In this document: piece by piece, positions 60,307 through 61,904 of the stretch
How positions within the stretch are numbered: the first letter of the stretch is position 1
Layout of the letters: every line of letters begins with the position of its first letter
Origin: a virus
Lineage: Duplodnaviria > Caudoviricetes
DNA: 61,904 nucleotides
Strand: one strand, 5' to 3'
IMG/VR virus record: IMGVR_UViG_3300042556_002563
Location: 1 to 61,904 of that record
Program-made: the position numbers and the translations under genes
Notes under the pieces: model-generated
What the model was told of the DNA's origin: nothing
What the model saw: only the letters and a program-made list of their open reading frames with translations
Database searches by the model: none

Positions 60307-61507
60307 AAAATGTTTTTCCGCTAAATATTGCGTCGCATGCGTTGATTAAGTTGTAAACAGTGCCGCGGTACAGTCCGGGCAAAATATGCTTTTTAGCGCT
60401 AAGCAACCGCAAATCTTCGCATTCGTTGTCTGAATACTGCTGGGCCCGGGAATCAATCGAAACAAACGTGACGTCTGGTACCGACGCGTCGCCTGTTCCA
60501 GCATTAGCTGCTTGCCGCAGCAATACGCTACTGCGCCGAATAACGTCGCCAGTGGCTATGACTAACCCGCCACCCCGCGCACGCATAGTGTTCACGAGTT
60601 CGGTAAAAATAAGAAAATCAGCGTACGTTGCGGCGCCGACAGCCGCACCAATCTCTGCGCCACGGGCTACCGGGTGCAGATGATTCGGCAGCTCGCCGAT
60701 TTCGACATGCACCGTTGCCGGCACACCAAGCGAGTGCGCTGCGTAAAACAAACTACGGCCACGCTGGCTGTGTTTCGGGTCAAACCCCCAGCGCCCAACT
60801 GCTTCGCCGTACCCTATGCCTTGCTGCGCCGCTAACTGGGCAATTCGATTTAAATCAACCGTGGCAGCTGCCGCGGCAAAATCTTCAGCCAAACCACTGC
60901 CGGTTGTTGCTACAGCTTTGACGTACTTTTTTTGCAGCATTGTTCCAACAAGCAAACCCGCCCCAGCTGCAATGGCGTCCGGGCCAATAAAAAACAATAC
61001 CGGCATGTCGTGGCTACAGCAGCGATGAATAGCCGCTGCAACCTCCGTGTATTTATTTACAACACTGTCATTCTTTTTACGCGGCATTGTCAGCGGAATA
61101 AATTGCGCCACCTCAAACTCCTTTGCGGCGGGATGCGAGTGCATCGTATTAAATACAGGAAAAGCGCTGTGTATTTTATCTGGCAATACAAGCGTGCCCG
61201 GTTTTGGATCTGATGTGTCGCCGTAGTCGAGCATGGAGCCGTTGCCCCACAACAGCCAATCTGCGCGGACTGACGAGTTAGTCAGAATCTCCGCGACAAC
61301 TTTGACCGTGACTGTGGTGTCACCGTCAAAAATCTGACGCGCCCGTTTCAGGCGCAGATTGAACTGTTTCGCAAAACGACTAACGTCGCCGGCAAACAGA
61401 TGCTGACAAACAGCGTAAACTCTGAACCGCAATAGTTCGTCAGAGTACGTCAGAAACTGCCGGTAGTGCCGCAAGCGCTTTTTTGGCTTTTCTGGCTGCT
61501 TTGGCAT
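60287..61507 (-). CDS. XRE/cI-type HTH fused to a deoxyhypusine-synthase-like domain
   Basis: N-terminal ...V.ADWLLWG.G.M; C-terminal PV...G...I..G, VATTG.G..D, SLFYAA..LGVPATVHV.IG....H.HP...GA..G...Y.DFLIF. Confidence 0.6.
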   Translation of the reverse strand: MPKQPEKPKKRLRHYRQFLTYSDELLRFRVYAVCQHLFAGDVSRFAKQFNLRLKRARQIFDGDTTVTVKVVAEILTNSSVRADWLLWGNGSMLDYGDTSDPKPGTLVLPDKIHSAFPVFNTMHSHPAAKEFEVAQFIPLTMPRKKNDSVVNKYTEVAAAIHRCCSHDMPVLFFIGPDAIAAGAGLLVGTMLQKKYVKAVATTGSGLAEDFAAAAATVDLNRIAQLAAQQGIGYGEAVGRWGFDPKHSQRGRSLFYAAHSLGVPATVHVEIGELPNHLHPVARGAEIGAAVGAATYADFLIFTELVNTMRARGGGLVIATGDVIRRSSVLLRQAANAGTGDASVPDVTFVSIDSRAQQYSDNECEDLRLLSAKKHILPGLYRGTVYNLINACDAIFSGKTFYDIEQS

Positions 61508-61904
61508 CAGCGTCTTTCTTTTTGAAATACCCGCCCAACGACCGGCCAGTTTTGCGGCATAAACCTGTACCCGACAACAATCTCATATCATGACTTGCAT
61601 GTAAGTATGCCGCCACTAACTCTGTGTATCCAGTCAGCAATTCTTTTGGGTACTGGTTCATTGCCGCTAAAATAAAGAAAAATTCAGAGCTGGTTTCTGG
61701 CAATGCATAATCATCGCGCAGCCGGCTGCTTTTAAAGTACCGGACTTTTGCGCCAGAAATTCGCACCGCCGGAAGTTTCAAGTTGGGCTTGTGCAAAAAG
61801 AACTGCCGCGTTTCGATGTTCCAGCCGGTTTCTTGCGGAATAACAACCGTGCGGCACATAGAACCCACGGTATGCCGCTGCAACCTTTTAGTGCATTTGT
61901 TATA
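61440..61904 (-). CDS. Partial hypothetical protein (5' end beyond window)
   Basis: Frame is open to the right edge. Confidence 0.55.
   Translation of the reverse strand, partial: YNKCTKRLQRHTVGSMCRTVVIPQETGWNIETRQFFLHKPNLKLPAVRISGAKVRYFKSSRLRDDYALPETSSEFFFILAAMNQYPKELLTGYTELVAAYLHASHDMRLLSGTGLCRKTGRSLGGYFKKKDADAKAARKAKKALAALPAVSDVL

Overview
The whole window is a densely coded, single-orientation (all genes on the minus strand) segment of a large tailed-phage genome; no host housekeeping genes were seen. A Planctomycetota-type aquatic host is a weak inference from the Cys-rich and fibre gene repertoire. Read in transcription order (right to left): an HTH/deoxyhypusine-synthase-like fusion, a DEDDh exonuclease, tRNA-Gln(UUG) and an HNH nuclease. 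Next is a replication/recombination operon: SbcD/Mre11, SbcC/Rad50, a degenerate IS110/Nop-fold protein, a stand-alone RAMP (Cas7-like) protein, an SF2 helicase, a DnaB-like helicase, a primase, a UDG-fused family-A DNA polymerase, a gp32-like SSB, a ParB-like protein and RecA/UvsX. Then come DUF932- and DUF1016-like genes, a RuvC resolvase, two glycosyltransferases, a portal-like protein with a Zn-ribbon insert, a degenerate SpoT-type HD protein and thymidylate kinase. The left end is a ~16.5 kb cluster of modular collagen/LamG/FN3/Gly-rich fibre genes with an embedded 2OG-Fe(II) oxygenase, followed by cytidine deaminase and a 1637-aa cysteine-rich repeat protein. The best candidate for a new system is the adjacent RAMP-like and IS110/Nop-like gene pair, tightly coupled between Mre11-Rad50 and a helicase, with no CRISPR or TIGR array visible in the window. 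All family calls come from motif recognition by eye; no database search was run.
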